Source: Octopus bimaculoides (Eukaryota). Taken from it: a stretch of DNA of 33,687 nucleotides. Below, one piece after another: positions 33,081 through 33,687 of this stretch; the first letter of the stretch is position 1, and each line of letters starts with the position of its first letter. The notes under the pieces are model-generated. The model worked only from the letters and a program-made list of their open reading frames with translations, did no database searches and was not told the origin of the DNA. The position numbers were made by a program, and so were the translations under genes. The stretch is from positions 138,358,271 through 138,391,957 of the forward strand of contig NC_068984.1 of assembly GCF_001194135.2 (NCBI RefSeq), written 5' to 3'.

Positions 33081-33290
33081 TAGCAAGCTGAAAGAATCGT
33101 TGGACCACCGGACTTAATGCTCTGCGGCATTTCGTTTGTCTTTGTGTTCTGAGTTCAACTTCCGCCGGGATCGACTTTACTGTCCATCCTTTCGGAATTG
33201 ATAAAATAAGTACCAGTCGAGCACTGGGTTTGATGTAAGTGACTTATTACTTCCCCCGAAATTACTGTCCTTGTGCCAAAATCTGAAACC
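33081..33290 (+). mobile_element. Full-length family-A SINE
   Basis: Head AAGCTGAAAGAATCGTTGG, B-box GAGTTCAACTTCC, core GATAAAATAAGTACCAG, tail CCTTGTGCCAAAATCTGAAACC. Confidence 0.85.
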
Positions 33291-33687
33291 GGTAAACGTT
33301 TACTTCTGGATTTTCCGATGAAACTTTCTCTCCTGCTTCGAGCGGTCAAAGCCGAGATATGATTACCACAAAAATGTTAAAAAGAATAAAACAAAACCTA
33401 AGCGACTAACTTTTTTTTCTTTTTTCTCCTTTTAACTTTATTTTTTTATTTTTTATTTTTTATTCTGCATATTTTATTTAAACAGGATGTACACTGCATT
33501 ACAAAGAAAAACCACATCTTGTCTATCGACTGCCTGATAAAAAGTGACATATACAATAATAATAAAAACCACAAAAACAAAAAGCCTTGTGATATACAGC
33601 AACCCAGGGTTTCCCAGAGTAAAATAGTAATTTATTTCGCGATTTATCAAGCTGGTCATTCATATATCGATTGCATCGAACGCATTT

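Noticed and set aside
1-33687. CRISPR arrays, prokaryotic operons, intact tRNA genes
   Set aside because: No regular repeat-spacer arrays or intact long ORFs; all tRNA-like segments are SINE heads lacking complete cloverleafs.

Overview
AT-rich, gap-containing eukaryotic scaffold. The SINE repertoire and microsatellite load suggest an octopus genome (inference). No host protein-coding exon could be identified, so the window looks intronic or intergenic. Most of it is decayed repeats: about 20 tRNA-derived SINE copies (my working labels A, B, C, E), several Tc1/mariner remnants, piggyBac, Chapaev3-like and hAT remnants, one CR1-type and two RTE-type LINE 3' fragments, and long microsatellites. 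The long ORFs in the track are microsatellite/N-gap artefacts or broken transposase/RT frames. Best leads: (1) a 5S rRNA-headed SINE3-like element whose tail matches the 3' end shared by family-E SINEs and the local CR1 LINE, in two copies (1466-1684 +, 6420-6575 -); (2) a ~400-bp fold-back element with a decayed Penelope-type minimal hammerhead in each arm (21129-21534); (3) a recent 130-bp locally templated insertion with a 16-bp target-site duplication (16810-16971); (4) head/core/tail module swapping among SINE families. All alignments and family assignments were made by eye and from memory of consensus motifs, not from database searches.
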